A stretch of DNA of 64,000 bases from a virus. Made by a program: the position numbers and the translations under genes. How positions within the stretch are numbered: position 1 is the stretch's first letter; each line of letters starts with the position of its first letter. The stretch spans positions 65,436 through 129,435 of the IMG/VR virus record IMGVR_UViG_3300007352_000013; one strand, written 5' to 3'. Below are positions 29,313 to 39,187 of the stretch, piece by piece. The notes beneath the pieces were generated by a model, which searched no databases, was not told the DNA's origin, and saw nothing but the letters and a program-made list of their open reading frames with translations.

Positions 29313-29473
29313 ATAGACTATTCGATGATGCTCCTAGTAATAAAGAGGTTTTAGAAATAAAAAGAAGGAATAAAAACGGAGAATCTGTCGCTAAAATTAA
29401 AAAAGATATGAATATACATCCAAAATTTATAACAGATATAATAAAGAAGTATAAATGGAAAAAACTAAAATAA
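29288..29473 (+). pseudogene. Remnant of the C-terminal HTH domain of an HNH-type endonuclease
   Basis: EVLEIK..G.S...I...MNI....ITDI....W pattern; no nuclease core and no good ATG. Confidence 0.45.
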
Positions 29474-31212
29474 AATTTGCTAATTGTGACTGTATCGTTG
29501 AACCGGGAAAATTTGATGTAAATAAAATTCCAACAAATTGCCCAGCTACTTTTGCGCTCATTTCTTCTGGTTTTACAACTGGAATTTTTCAACTCGAAAG
29601 TAGATTGGGAATGGATTGGGCTAAGAAGGTACAGCCACAGAATATAGAAGAGATTGCAGCTTTATCTGCATTATTAAGGCCCGGCGCTTTAGAGAGTGGA
29701 CAATCCGAGGAATATGTAGATATAAAATTTGGTAGAAAACAACCTTCGTATTTACATCCGGCATTAAAAGATATTTTGTCAAGTACATATAATTCTATGA
29801 TTTATCAAGAACAGGCATTGGCCATAGCGAAAGAAATAGCCGGATTTACTATGGAAGAAGCAGATAATTTAAGAAAAGCTGTTGGAAAAAAGATTCCAGA
29901 ATTGATGGCTTCTTTAAAACAAAAATTCATAGACGGAGCATTAAATAATAAGGTAACTAAAAATGTTGCAGAACAAATATTCGATTGGATTGAGAAAAGT
30001 CAGCGATATTCGTTTAATAAATCTCATGCAATTGCTTATGGAATATTAAGTTATAATACGGCTTGGATGAAATGTCATTTCCCATTAGAATTTTTTACAA
30101 GCTATTTAACGTATTCGGATTATAAAGCTGATACGATGGATGAAATTTATAGATTGGTTCAGGATGCTCGTTTATTTGGAATAGAAGTTTTGCAACCGGA
30201 TATAAAAGAATGTAATGTAAAATTTAAGATGACAGATGATAAAATAAAATTTGGATTATCTAATATAAAGGGGGTTGGTCCATCTGCAATAGAAAAAATT
30301 ATAAAGAACGGAAAAGAATCATTATCAACTTGGCAAGGATTTTTAAAATCTTTACCAGCATTACATAGAAATGTTGGAATAGCACTTATAAAATCTGGAT
30401 CTTGTGATTGTTATAATAAATCAAGATCACAAATGATCAAAGAACTAGAATGTATATTTGGCACTCAGATTAAAGATGAAAATGGCAAAACAAAAGAAAT
30501 CAGAGGTTTAACAGAAAGAGAAAGAAAATGGTTTTTTCATAAACTTGGTGATGAAAAGTCTGTTATAGATGTATTAAATGAAATGACAAATAAAGTAAAT
30601 GAGATGTCAACTAGATCATTAGGCGGAATGAATAAGGGTGAAATAATAGATTTCACGAAAGAATATACCGGATTAAAAGACGAAGATTTAATTGGAAAGA
30701 CAAAATTCGATGTTATAAATATACTTAAAAAATATGGATACGAAACAAATAGAGATAATAAACCTCTTTCAAATATAAAAAGAATATCTATTATAAAAGA
30801 AAAAATAAAAGAACTACAAGAAATATCAGAAGATACTAATTTGGGAAAAGCTACTGCTGAAAAATACTTTTTAGGAATCTCTTTATCATGCTCGCCAGCA
30901 GATGACGCAGATGACGAATGTGCAACTCATACATGTCTAGATTTGGCAAAAGCTTTAAATGGAGAAAATTTTTCAATTTGTGCTGTAATAGATAATGTAA
31001 AACATACCAAAACTAAAAGAGGTAAAAATATTGGGGCGGCAATGTGTTTCTTAACCATTTCTGATTCTACCTACAGTATAGATCATGCGGTGGTTTTTCC
31101 CGATTCATATGAAAAATTAAGCAAATACTGTAAAGATGGTATGATTTGTTTGCTACAGGGTTATAAAAAGAATGGATCTATAATTATTGAAAATATAAGA
31201 AAATTAATTTAA
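29455..31212 (+). CDS. dnaE: DNA polymerase III alpha, C-terminal half (fingers, HhH, OB)
   Basis: TGIFQLES, SALLRPGALESG, MIYQEQ, ADNLRKAVGKK, YSFNKSHA, FGLSNIKGVG and EKYFLG motifs. Confidence 0.92.
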   Translation: MEKTKIKFANCDCIVEPGKFDVNKIPTNCPATFALISSGFTTGIFQLESRLGMDWAKKVQPQNIEEIAALSALLRPGALESGQSEEYVDIKFGRKQPSYLHPALKDILSSTYNSMIYQEQALAIAKEIAGFTMEEADNLRKAVGKKIPELMASLKQKFIDGALNNKVTKNVAEQIFDWIEKSQRYSFNKSHAIAYGILSYNTAWMKCHFPLEFFTSYLTYSDYKADTMDEIYRLVQDARLFGIEVLQPDIKECNVKFKMTDDKIKFGLSNIKGVGPSAIEKIIKNGKESLSTWQGFLKSLPALHRNVGIALIKSGSCDCYNKSRSQMIKELECIFGTQIKDENGKTKEIRGLTERERKWFFHKLGDEKSVIDVLNEMTNKVNEMSTRSLGGMNKGEIIDFTKEYTGLKDEDLIGKTKFDVINILKKYGYETNRDNKPLSNIKRISIIKEKIKELQEISEDTNLGKATAEKYFLGISLSCSPADDADDECATHTCLDLAKALNGENFSICAVIDNVKHTKTKRGKNIGAAMCFLTISDSTYSIDHAVVFPDSYEKLSKYCKDGMICLLQGYKKNGSIIIENIRKLI

Positions 31213-31217
31213 TAATT

Positions 31218-31226
31218 TGTTATAAT
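31218..31226 (+). promoter_or_regulatory. Extended -10 promoter (TGnTATAAT) for ssb
   Basis: TGTTATAAT in the intergenic gap, followed by an AAGGAG SD and GTG start. Confidence 0.5.
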
Positions 31227-31257
31227 AGTTGTTAACTAATTTTAAAGGAGAATAATT

Positions 31258-31728
31258 GTGGAATTGAAAGTGTACGGCGTAGGAAATGTAACAGTAGATC
31301 CAGAAGTTCGTCAAGTTGGAGCCAATAAAACATCGGTATGTTCTGCCAATCTAGCTTTTAATAGACGATTTAAGAGTGGAGATGATTGGAAAGATGAAGT
31401 TTGTTTCATTCAGGCAAAACTATGGGGTGGGCAGGCAGATAGATTTGCAGAAAAATGCAAGAAGGGTACTCCGGTTTTGATTGAAGGATATTTAGTACAA
31501 GAATCTTGGACAGATAAAAAGGATGTTAAACATAACACGTTAGTTGTTAGAGTAACTAATTTTACTGTATGTGAAAAAAATAATATTGATAAACCATCGG
31601 CAAAGCCAGTAGTAAAAACAACTCCTGCTAAATCTGAAGTTCCACAAAATACAAAAACTAAACCGGCAGCACAACCAAGTAAGCCAAAACCAAAGCCCGT
31701 AGAAGAAAGCGACGATATTCCATTTTAG
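31258..31728 (+). CDS. ssb: Single-stranded DNA-binding protein
   Basis: GNVTVDPEVR OB fold, KGTPVLIEG, Pro/Lys linker, acidic tail SDDIPF. Confidence 0.93.
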   Translation: MELKVYGVGNVTVDPEVRQVGANKTSVCSANLAFNRRFKSGDDWKDEVCFIQAKLWGGQADRFAEKCKKGTPVLIEGYLVQESWTDKKDVKHNTLVVRVTNFTVCEKNNIDKPSAKPVVKTTPAKSEVPQNTKTKPAAQPSKPKPKPVEESDDIPF

Positions 31729-31736
31729 AAAATATA

Positions 31737-33443
31737 ATGAATAAGAAAAAACGTATACTATTTGTCGGCGAGGCTAGTTATCTCGGCACTGGTTTTAGTA
31801 CATACTGGAATGAAGTGCTTAAAAGATTGCATGAAATGGATCTATTCGATATAGCCGAATTGGGATCTTATTCAGAAGATGGAGATCCAAGAATAAAATA
31901 TGTACCTTGGAAATTCTATCCAGTTATGCCAAATAGAAACGATCAAGCAGGACAACACATATATAAATCTGATGTCTTGAATCAATTTGGAAAATGGAGA
32001 TTCGAAAATGTATGTCTGGATTTTAAACCAGATATAGTTTGCGATATACGTGATCAATGGATGACAAGCTGGATATTACAATCACCATATAGAAATAATT
32101 TTAAATTTTATCATCTTTTAACTATAGACGGCATTCCACAAAGAATACAATGGTTAGACGATTATAGAAGAAATGATGGTTGTTTAACATATTCACAGTG
32201 GGCTATGGATGTTATGAAAAAAGATGGTATAGAAGGAACTAATTTGATAACAGTAGCCTCTCCGGGAGCGGACATAGATACATTTTGTCCGCCTCCGGAC
32301 AAAGGACAACACAAAGCTAAAATGGGCATTGATCCAAATTCTATTATAGTTGGTATGGTTTCAAGAAATCAAAAAAGAAAATTATTCTACGATCTTATAG
32401 AAGCATTTTCACAATGGATATATAAAGCAAAAACAAAAGGACATTTTGATTCTATAAAGAAAACATTCTTGTGGCTACACACAAGTTATCCAGATGTTGG
32501 ATTTGATATAGGAAGGGCAATATCTGAATTCAAGGTCGGAAATAAAGTTATAATGACATATATGTGCAATAGTTGTGGTGCTGTATATCCATCATTTTTC
32601 TCGGGAGAATTGTCTATATGTAGAAAATGCAAACAAAAAACAGCACATGCACCAAATGCCAATTCTAATGTTCCAAGAGAAGTTCTTGCTAATATAATGA
32701 AATGCTTTGATCTTGGAGTTCAGTACACAATTAGTGAAGGCTGGTCAATGACAGTGACAGAGCAAAATGCATGCGGGGTTCCTGTTATGGCAACTGATTA
32801 TTCCGCAATAAAAGATCATCTTAAAAATCCTGCAAATATATCAATTAATGTTGGTAAATATTTTTATGAATCAATAATGGAAACCGAACAAAGAAGGGCT
32901 TTGCCAGATAATAATGATTTTATAAATAAATTGGATAATTTTATTAAATTAAATGATGAAAAAAGAAAAGAATTATCTAAAAAGGCTAGACAATATATAA
33001 TTGAGGATACTGATGTTTATGGACAAAAAGAAAAATTACCAAGATATAGTTGGGATAGAACAGCAGCAATATGGAAAAATGTTTTAAATGAATGTGAAAT
33101 ATTTGATGAAAATACAACATGGTTTAATCAACAACCAAAGTTAATAGAAAATAGTAAAAAAATAATACCAGAAAATTTAGATAATTTAGAATTTGTAAAT
33201 TGGATTATAGAAAATATATATAATAAACCAGAATTGATTAATGGCTGGATGGCTATGGAATGGACAAAGGCTTTAAATGTAGGATACAAATTTGATGGAT
33301 TACAACAAATAAAAGTAGATAGAAATATGGTTATAAAATATTTTACAAAATTGGTAGAAATTTACAATAAAGCAGAGATAAAAAGAGCATTGTTTCTCCA
33401 GAGACAGTCTAAGCCAGATTCTTTGGAAATAGGCGTATTTTAA
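31737..33443 (+). CDS. GT-B (GT4-like) glycosyltransferase with inserted Zn ribbon
   Basis: SYLGTGF, VSRNQKRK, EGWSMT.TEQNACG.PV motifs; CNSC...CRKC insertion. Confidence 0.8.
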   Translation: MNKKKRILFVGEASYLGTGFSTYWNEVLKRLHEMDLFDIAELGSYSEDGDPRIKYVPWKFYPVMPNRNDQAGQHIYKSDVLNQFGKWRFENVCLDFKPDIVCDIRDQWMTSWILQSPYRNNFKFYHLLTIDGIPQRIQWLDDYRRNDGCLTYSQWAMDVMKKDGIEGTNLITVASPGADIDTFCPPPDKGQHKAKMGIDPNSIIVGMVSRNQKRKLFYDLIEAFSQWIYKAKTKGHFDSIKKTFLWLHTSYPDVGFDIGRAISEFKVGNKVIMTYMCNSCGAVYPSFFSGELSICRKCKQKTAHAPNANSNVPREVLANIMKCFDLGVQYTISEGWSMTVTEQNACGVPVMATDYSAIKDHLKNPANISINVGKYFYESIMETEQRRALPDNNDFINKLDNFIKLNDEKRKELSKKARQYIIEDTDVYGQKEKLPRYSWDRTAAIWKNVLNECEIFDENTTWFNQQPKLIENSKKIIPENLDNLEFVNWIIENIYNKPELINGWMAMEWTKALNVGYKFDGLQQIKVDRNMVIKYFTKLVEIYNKAEIKRALFLQRQSKPDSLEIGVF

Positions 33444-34618
33444 TGAATAAATTAATTTATATATCTCCCTATAAAGATGGTACAGGATATTCTCACGCAG
33501 CAATAGATAATATTTTGTGTTTAGATTCAATAGGCATTAATATTGTATGCAGACCAATAAGAATGTCTGAACCAAAATTTAGAGAAACATCAATAATAAA
33601 ACATCTGGAAAAAAAAGATTTAAAAAATATAAGTCATTTGATACAACTCAATCTTCCACATACTTTTGAAAGAAAGAATGGTATTAAAAATATAGGATCA
33701 TTTTATTGGGAAACTACAAATTTCAATAGTTCTTCATGGGCAAAGTCATGTAATTTTATGGATGAAATATGGGTGCCTAATATACAACAAAAACAGGCAT
33801 GTATAAACAGTGGTGTAGAAGTTCCTTTAAAAATAATAAATCATCCATACAATACAAAAAAAAATAATGAATCACCTAAAAAATTAGAAATACCAATCCT
33901 TAAAAATAAATGTGTATTCTATTTTATAGGAGAAATGATTAAAAGAAAAAATTTAGCAGCCTTAATAAGAGGGTATTATTCTGCTTTTTATAATAATGAA
34001 AATGTCGCATTGGTTATAAAAACAAATGCTCCAAATAGTAATCAGCAACAAACAATGTCTTTGATGCACAAATTCATTGAAGACATAAAATTGTCAATGC
34101 ATATACATAAAAATAATGAAAATTATCCTAAGATATTGGTAATTTCCGATACGTTAAAAGAAGAGCAAATTGCTCAATTGCATGCTTCGTGTGATATATT
34201 TGTTTCTCCTTCTCATGGTGAAGCTATCTGTTTACCAGCTATGGACGCAATGTATTATGGAAATCCACTAATAGTTAGTAATTGGGGAAACTTCCCAGAA
34301 CTATGTTATGGTCAAGCGCACAAATATTGGGAACCAACTAAAGATCAATTTAAATATCCGGGTGAAATTGATTGTGGATGGTTAATAAATGGTGGACTTA
34401 CATATTGTTTTGGGATGATAAATGGATTCTACGATCTTTATACAGGTCTAGAAAAATGGTTTGAAATAGATTTATGCGATTTTGTACACAAATTACAATC
34501 GGCATATAATGAATGGTCCAATGGTTCTATTACTAAAAGAAAAGAATCTGCAAGACAAAGAATAGAATCGTTTTCTTATGATGTTATAGGTGAACAAATT
34601 AAAAGGGCTTTGGAGTAA
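33443..34618 (+). CDS. GT-B (GT4-like) glycosyltransferase
   Basis: GTGYS, KRKNL, CDIFVSPSHGEAICLP.MDAM..G motifs. Confidence 0.8.
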   Translation: MNKLIYISPYKDGTGYSHAAIDNILCLDSIGINIVCRPIRMSEPKFRETSIIKHLEKKDLKNISHLIQLNLPHTFERKNGIKNIGSFYWETTNFNSSSWAKSCNFMDEIWVPNIQQKQACINSGVEVPLKIINHPYNTKKNNESPKKLEIPILKNKCVFYFIGEMIKRKNLAALIRGYYSAFYNNENVALVIKTNAPNSNQQQTMSLMHKFIEDIKLSMHIHKNNENYPKILVISDTLKEEQIAQLHASCDIFVSPSHGEAICLPAMDAMYYGNPLIVSNWGNFPELCYGQAHKYWEPTKDQFKYPGEIDCGWLINGGLTYCFGMINGFYDLYTGLEKWFEIDLCDFVHKLQSAYNEWSNGSITKRKESARQRIESFSYDVIGEQIKRALE

Positions 34619-35619
34619 TGGGAACTATATTGGGATCAACATTAAGGGGTATAAATAGACCCGAAAATGATAAACTTAATATTTTAATGCTAAATACTTG
34701 TGAAAAATTTCAAAGCTGTTTAGCTAAAACTGGTCATAATTTTTATTTAGTTAAATCTAATGGATATAAACCTTGGAATACTAATATAAGAAATATACCG
34801 ACGAATTATGTAGAAGTAACAGTAGAAGAACTTAATTTTATAGATATAGATATAGTTTTATGTCAAGATAGAGTTAAACATTATGGATTTCTTGCTAATT
34901 TAGCTATAAGATTATCATGTCCTATAATTGTTGTTGATTATGATTTACCAATTCCGGAATATAATCAATTTCAAATTCAAACTATGGCCGATATACCATC
35001 TAATTGTAATATTGTTTCATCAAAATTCGTAGCAGAAAGATGGGGATTAGATGTTAATGATACTGAAGTAATACCAAAATCAATTGATACCGAATTATTT
35101 AATGGATGGGTTGGTGGAGATAATAAGATATTAAGCGTAGTAGATTTTTATGGTAATAGAAAAAATATAACCGGATTTGATCTTTGGGAAAAGATAAACA
35201 AACAATTCAAAACTAATCCTGTTGGAAATTCTCCGGGATTTTCCAATCAAACAAAGAACCAAAATGACTTAATAGACGTATATAATAAGGCTGCTGTTTT
35301 TTTAAATACGTCCAATTGGCTTTCAACGCCGTATGAAATATTAGAAGCCATGTCATGTGGATGTCCAGTTGTTACAACAAAAACAACTGATATAGTAAAT
35401 TTGATAGTTAATGGTGAAAATGGATTTATAACTAATAATTATAACGAAATGGTAGAATATATAAATTCTTTACTAAAAGATAATAAACTATCACAAAAAA
35501 TAGGTAATGCAGGAAGGGAAACGATTTTAAGTAAATATAATATAGACGATTTTGTTGAAAAATGGAATAAAGTTTTCTATTCAGTTATAGATAATGTTTG
35601 TGTTTTATTTGGTGATTAA
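34618..35619 (+). CDS. GT-B (GT4-like) glycosyltransferase
   Basis: FLNTS, EILEAMSCGCPVV and NGENGF motifs. Confidence 0.8.
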   Translation: MGTILGSTLRGINRPENDKLNILMLNTCEKFQSCLAKTGHNFYLVKSNGYKPWNTNIRNIPTNYVEVTVEELNFIDIDIVLCQDRVKHYGFLANLAIRLSCPIIVVDYDLPIPEYNQFQIQTMADIPSNCNIVSSKFVAERWGLDVNDTEVIPKSIDTELFNGWVGGDNKILSVVDFYGNRKNITGFDLWEKINKQFKTNPVGNSPGFSNQTKNQNDLIDVYNKAAVFLNTSNWLSTPYEILEAMSCGCPVVTTKTTDIVNLIVNGENGFITNNYNEMVEYINSLLKDNKLSQKIGNAGRETILSKYNIDDFVEKWNKVFYSVIDNVCVLFGD

Positions 35620-36356
35620 TGATTGCTAGCCCATGTAATAAGTGCTGTTTTTTTAAAGATAATAAATGTTTACAAAATAAATTTTTTGTAACAAATAAAA
35701 ACTGTTCGTTCGCACCTGGATTTTGTCAATTTTACAGATCATATAAATGGTCAGAAAATAAAGATAAAAATCAATTAATCCAATTAGTACATGACGAGTT
35801 AGATTTTCGTTATGATATAATAGTTATGTACACGGAGAATAATAGTGAATTGCTAGATATAAGAATAAATGAAATAATAGAAAATGAAAAGAATAGATGC
35901 AATAAAATAATAATTTGTGATGTTAGAAAACTTAAAACAGAACAAGAAAAAACAGATATAATAGAATGGTTTAGAAAGAGATTAAAATCAGACCAAAAAA
36001 TACCAATAATTCTTCATGTAGTTTTGAATTCTGAAGAAAAAATGAGTGAAACAATAAAAAATATCAATAATCAAATCACTCAAAAATATTTTTGCGTTGT
36101 TCCTTATTATGCATCTATGAAAAATAATATCTCTTTAGATATTTCAAAAGACAAAAATTGTAGATACGTATTCTGGTCGTTTATTCGAAAGATTGGATCT
36201 TCATTTATGATTCCATATAGTTCAATTTATGGTATATATATAAATGATGCATATAAAAAAATGATTACTAATAGCAAGACTTTTCATGAAAATTTAAGAG
36301 AAGAAGAAGTATCTACTGGAATACTTTTATCTAAACAATTGGAATTTTATATATAA
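35619..36356 (+). CDS. Hypothetical protein, Cys-rich N-terminus
   Basis: Coupled ORF after the GT cluster. Confidence 0.55.
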   Translation: MIASPCNKCCFFKDNKCLQNKFFVTNKNCSFAPGFCQFYRSYKWSENKDKNQLIQLVHDELDFRYDIIVMYTENNSELLDIRINEIIENEKNRCNKIIICDVRKLKTEQEKTDIIEWFRKRLKSDQKIPIILHVVLNSEEKMSETIKNINNQITQKYFCVVPYYASMKNNISLDISKDKNCRYVFWSFIRKIGSSFMIPYSSIYGIYINDAYKKMITNSKTFHENLREEEVSTGILLSKQLEFYI

Positions 36357-36901
36357 TGTCTAAAAAGATAAAAAACTCACAACATAAGCAGGCTTTAAAA
36401 AGAAAGGGTAATGCAGAATTAACGCTTAGTTTGATAGATATGAGTTTGGATAGTAAATTATTATCTATAATTATAATACTTAAAGATCTTAAGGAAAATA
36501 AGATAAATTTACAATGCTTTAATCAAATAAATAAAATATCAAAAGAATTTGTTGGTATTGATTTCGGAATAATTTCTCATGAAATTAATAATTCACCAAT
36601 TATAACATGTCCGATATTGAATCTGCCAATGATAAAACAGTTAACACATCCGATTATAAGCACTAATATTTCAACAACAACAACCGCGTTATTAAGTAAA
36701 TCTGATAAAATATATTATTATATATTTGACGATGAATTCATACCAGCAAAAATAAAAAATAATAAAAGAATAAAATATGTTGCATGTAATAATGAAATAT
36801 TTGATAAAATAAATAAAGATAAAGAAATAGAAAATTCGCAAATGATAGAAGATTTTAATATGATAGAATTTATTAAACTTATAAATAAGGATTTAAAATG
36901 A
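36356..36901 (+). CDS. Hypothetical protein
   Basis: Coupled ORF; possibly a degenerate GT-B half. Confidence 0.5.
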   Translation: MSKKIKNSQHKQALKRKGNAELTLSLIDMSLDSKLLSIIIILKDLKENKINLQCFNQINKISKEFVGIDFGIISHEINNSPIITCPILNLPMIKQLTHPIISTNISTTTTALLSKSDKIYYYIFDDEFIPAKIKNNKRIKYVACNNEIFDKINKDKEIENSQMIEDFNMIEFIKLINKDLK

Positions 36902-37725
36902 AGAAAAAAGAAATATTAGATCAATTAATAACAAAGGGATTCAAATCGGAAGAATTAGAAAATCTTAGTCTTAAAGAATTGAAAGCTATGCTAGACCAAG
37001 AAATTGTCGGTGATCAATCTTTGTGTTCAATAAGAGAAGTTTCGCCAGAAGAAAATGGTTTACCATTACCAGAAGCGGTTTTCGATCTTATTACAGATAA
37101 GAATGTCGAAGATTGTAAGCCTATGGAAAAGCCACTTATTAATGACAAAGAATGGACACAATACGTTATGTCTTTGTTTGACGACGATGAACTTGAGGGT
37201 GATAGTCCAAGACTAGAAGGTTTGCGGCGTGTTACCGGTCAACTTTTGGGGCAGATACTCGAAGAAGGTTGCGAATTGGTTATGTCACCAAATCAAGACA
37301 ATGGGTTCAGAGCATGCGCTAAAGCTTGGATAGTAATAAATAATGGATTTGGGCAATCTGTGAGATTCGAAGCCTTGGCCGATGCATGTCCAGAAAATTG
37401 CACCGGAGAATTTGTAATATATCCTACCGCAATAGCAGACACAAGAGCTAAGGCCAGATGTTATAGAAACGCATTAAGACTTAAGAGAGTATTAGCAGCA
37501 GAAGAAAAATGTGGAGACATTTCTATATCAATTACAAATCCAGACAATATTCACGCAGGGCAAATTTCTGCCATAACATTGTTATCTGGAAGACACAATA
37601 TAGATCCGATTAAACTTGCTAACGAATTATTTCCTGGCAAAGATATAAAATCTATTAAAGTATTGAATTTTAATGAGGCACAATCTGTTTTGAGAAAGTT
37701 AAATGAATTGAGAGCTAATAAATAA
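36898..37725 (+). CDS. Hypothetical protein, possibly a Rad52-like annealing protein
   Basis: LEGLRRV, FEALADA and ADTRAKARCYRNAL core; C-terminal helical domain. Family call uncertain. Confidence 0.4.
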   Translation: MKKKEILDQLITKGFKSEELENLSLKELKAMLDQEIVGDQSLCSIREVSPEENGLPLPEAVFDLITDKNVEDCKPMEKPLINDKEWTQYVMSLFDDDELEGDSPRLEGLRRVTGQLLGQILEEGCELVMSPNQDNGFRACAKAWIVINNGFGQSVRFEALADACPENCTGEFVIYPTAIADTRAKARCYRNALRLKRVLAAEEKCGDISISITNPDNIHAGQISAITLLSGRHNIDPIKLANELFPGKDIKSIKVLNFNEAQSVLRKLNELRANK

Positions 37726-37729
37726 AGAA

Positions 37730-38011
37730 TTATTTATTTCTATTTGATTCTTCTATTCTTAGAACTATAGCACGTAACACTTCCACCTGTATTTTTAGTT
37801 CTGATACGGACGATATTAAAGATTGGTTTATGTCATATAGTTTTCCGTCTATTATTGATTGAATTTTTGCTATATTATTTGTATTTTCATTTATTCTTTG
37901 CTCTGTATTCGCCTTGCTAAAACCCAAAGCATAAACTGTGCTGGCCATACCTATTACAACTCCTAAAAATGGCCCAATAATATTTGTTAAAAAATCAGAA
38001 TTTAATTTCAC
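37730..38011 (-). CDS. Membrane protein with TM + coiled coil (holin-like/XhlA-like)
   Basis: MKLNSDFLTNIIG... reads on the reverse complement (GTG at 38011, TAA at 37732-37730); the track strand label is wrong. Confidence 0.55.
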   Translation of the reverse strand: MKLNSDFLTNIIGPFLGVVIGMASTVYALGFSKANTEQRINENTNNIAKIQSIIDGKLYDINQSLISSVSELKIQVEVLRAIVLRIEESNRNK

Positions 38012-38014
38012 AAA

Positions 38015-38350
38015 CTAACTCCCCAATATAACTTCGTATAATTTATTTTCCCAATCGTCATTTCTTGTAAGAACAAGGTATTTCATTTTATGTTTTTCAT
38101 AAAATTGAACTTTTTTAGAAGCACGTTTATCAGCAGAACAAGACGACATTGATCTTACCTGCATAAGACCATCCCATTCTAACCACAAATCATAGTCTGG
38201 CAAATAGAAATCACATTTTTGTTTTGATGGTTTTGGGAGTTGTTTATGTGGTTCAAAATTAATAGAACGAGTAAATAACCAATCTGCTATAGTAGCTTCT
38301 TGGGCCGAGTCATATTCTATACCGTCTAATCCAAATTTCTTTTTGTACAT
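38015..38350 (-). CDS. PD-(D/E)XK endonuclease-like protein
   Basis: YDSAQE, CDFYLPDYDLWLEWDG motifs; on the - strand (track labels +). Confidence 0.6.
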   Translation of the reverse strand: MYKKKFGLDGIEYDSAQEATIADWLFTRSINFEPHKQLPKPSKQKCDFYLPDYDLWLEWDGLMQVRSMSSCSADKRASKKVQFYEKHKMKYLVLTRNDDWENKLYEVILGS

Positions 38351-38401
38351 AATATTTCCTAATCTTTTATACACTAAAATGAACTGAAATTAATGTTAAC
38401 A

Positions 38402-38432
38402 AATAAAAAAGGCCCGGAGATTAATCGGGCCT
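38402..38432 (-). terminator. Intrinsic terminator
   Basis: AGGCCCG-loop-CGGGCCT followed by a U-tract on the - strand, downstream of the 39093 gene. Confidence 0.75.
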
Positions 38433-38466
38433 AATTTTATTTTATTTTATTTTATTTATTAATCGT

Positions 38467-39093
38467 TTATAGATATTCCAAAGAGACATAACAACCGAAT
38501 AGGGTCTTACTTCCTATGCTATCTGGACTTGCACTCATAGTAAAATACCAGTCATGTCTTGTATCTGTAGTATCGACACCAGATGGACTTAGACCAGATG
38601 TTCCAGGACTTGCCAATAATGTTAATGTAGTTCCAGAACCTGCAAGATCGAACCAGCCATCATTGGCGGCATCTGCTGCACCAGTTGACTGATTTACACC
38701 GGAGAAACCGTTTACAATCTGATTCACTTGACAAGTCACACCAGACGGATCGCTGTCCGGATTTGACCTGTCGAATATTCTTAGTTGTCCATTTTGTGTT
38801 TTAACAGCACTATCGAATGTAAATCTAACATTTAATGTACCAGATATCGTTGGAAAAGCCGTAAAATCAATAGTTGGTCCACCATTAATTTGAACACCAG
38901 ATGTAGTTCCTACATATTTATTATTAGTTAATTGTCCACCATTAATAGTTCCATTAGAATTTGTTATAAATGTAGTATCCTGATACGATGCAACTTGAAC
39001 CGAAGACCCAAATGTAGATCCGTAAAAACCAACGCCACTAGCGCCAAGATCAGTAGCGCCATCACCAGAAAAGAAACCAATTGCAGCAGCCAT
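38467..39093 (-). CDS. Virion/tail-associated protein, paralog A
   Basis: MAAAIGFFSG reads on the reverse complement (track labels +); shares SPGTSGL.P.G...DTRHDWY with 39568. Confidence 0.65.
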   Translation of the reverse strand: MAAAIGFFSGDGATDLGASGVGFYGSTFGSSVQVASYQDTTFITNSNGTINGGQLTNNKYVGTTSGVQINGGPTIDFTAFPTISGTLNVRFTFDSAVKTQNGQLRIFDRSNPDSDPSGVTCQVNQIVNGFSGVNQSTGAADAANDGWFDLAGSGTTLTLLASPGTSGLSPSGVDTTDTRHDWYFTMSASPDSIGSKTLFGCYVSLEYL

Positions 39094-39133
39094 ATATCAT
39101 ATCTCCTTTAAAAAATGTTAATTGTCTATTAAA

Positions 39134-39187
39134 TTATACACAATAATTTTGGTAAAAAAATAAATTAGGCATAAAAAATGTGTATAA
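39134..39187. promoter_or_regulatory. Divergent pair of GTGTATAA boxes
   Basis: - strand box at 39134-39141 and + strand box at 39180-39187, upstream of divergent genes. Confidence 0.55.

Noticed and set aside
15700-29500. Intein or group I/II intron explaining the dnaE split
   Set aside because: No intein N-/C-terminal motifs at either junction, no recognisable intron core, and the gap is filled with intact coupled genes.
38434-38461. (TTTTA)n run
   Set aside because: Low-complexity AT-rich spacer next to a terminator; no evidence of function.
37730-39093. ORF track lists three genes here as + strand (possible inversion?)
   Set aside because: Their translations occur only on the reverse complement (e.g. 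CAT at 39091-93, TTA at 37730-32). No flanking inverted repeats suggest an invertible segment. Treated as a labelling error.
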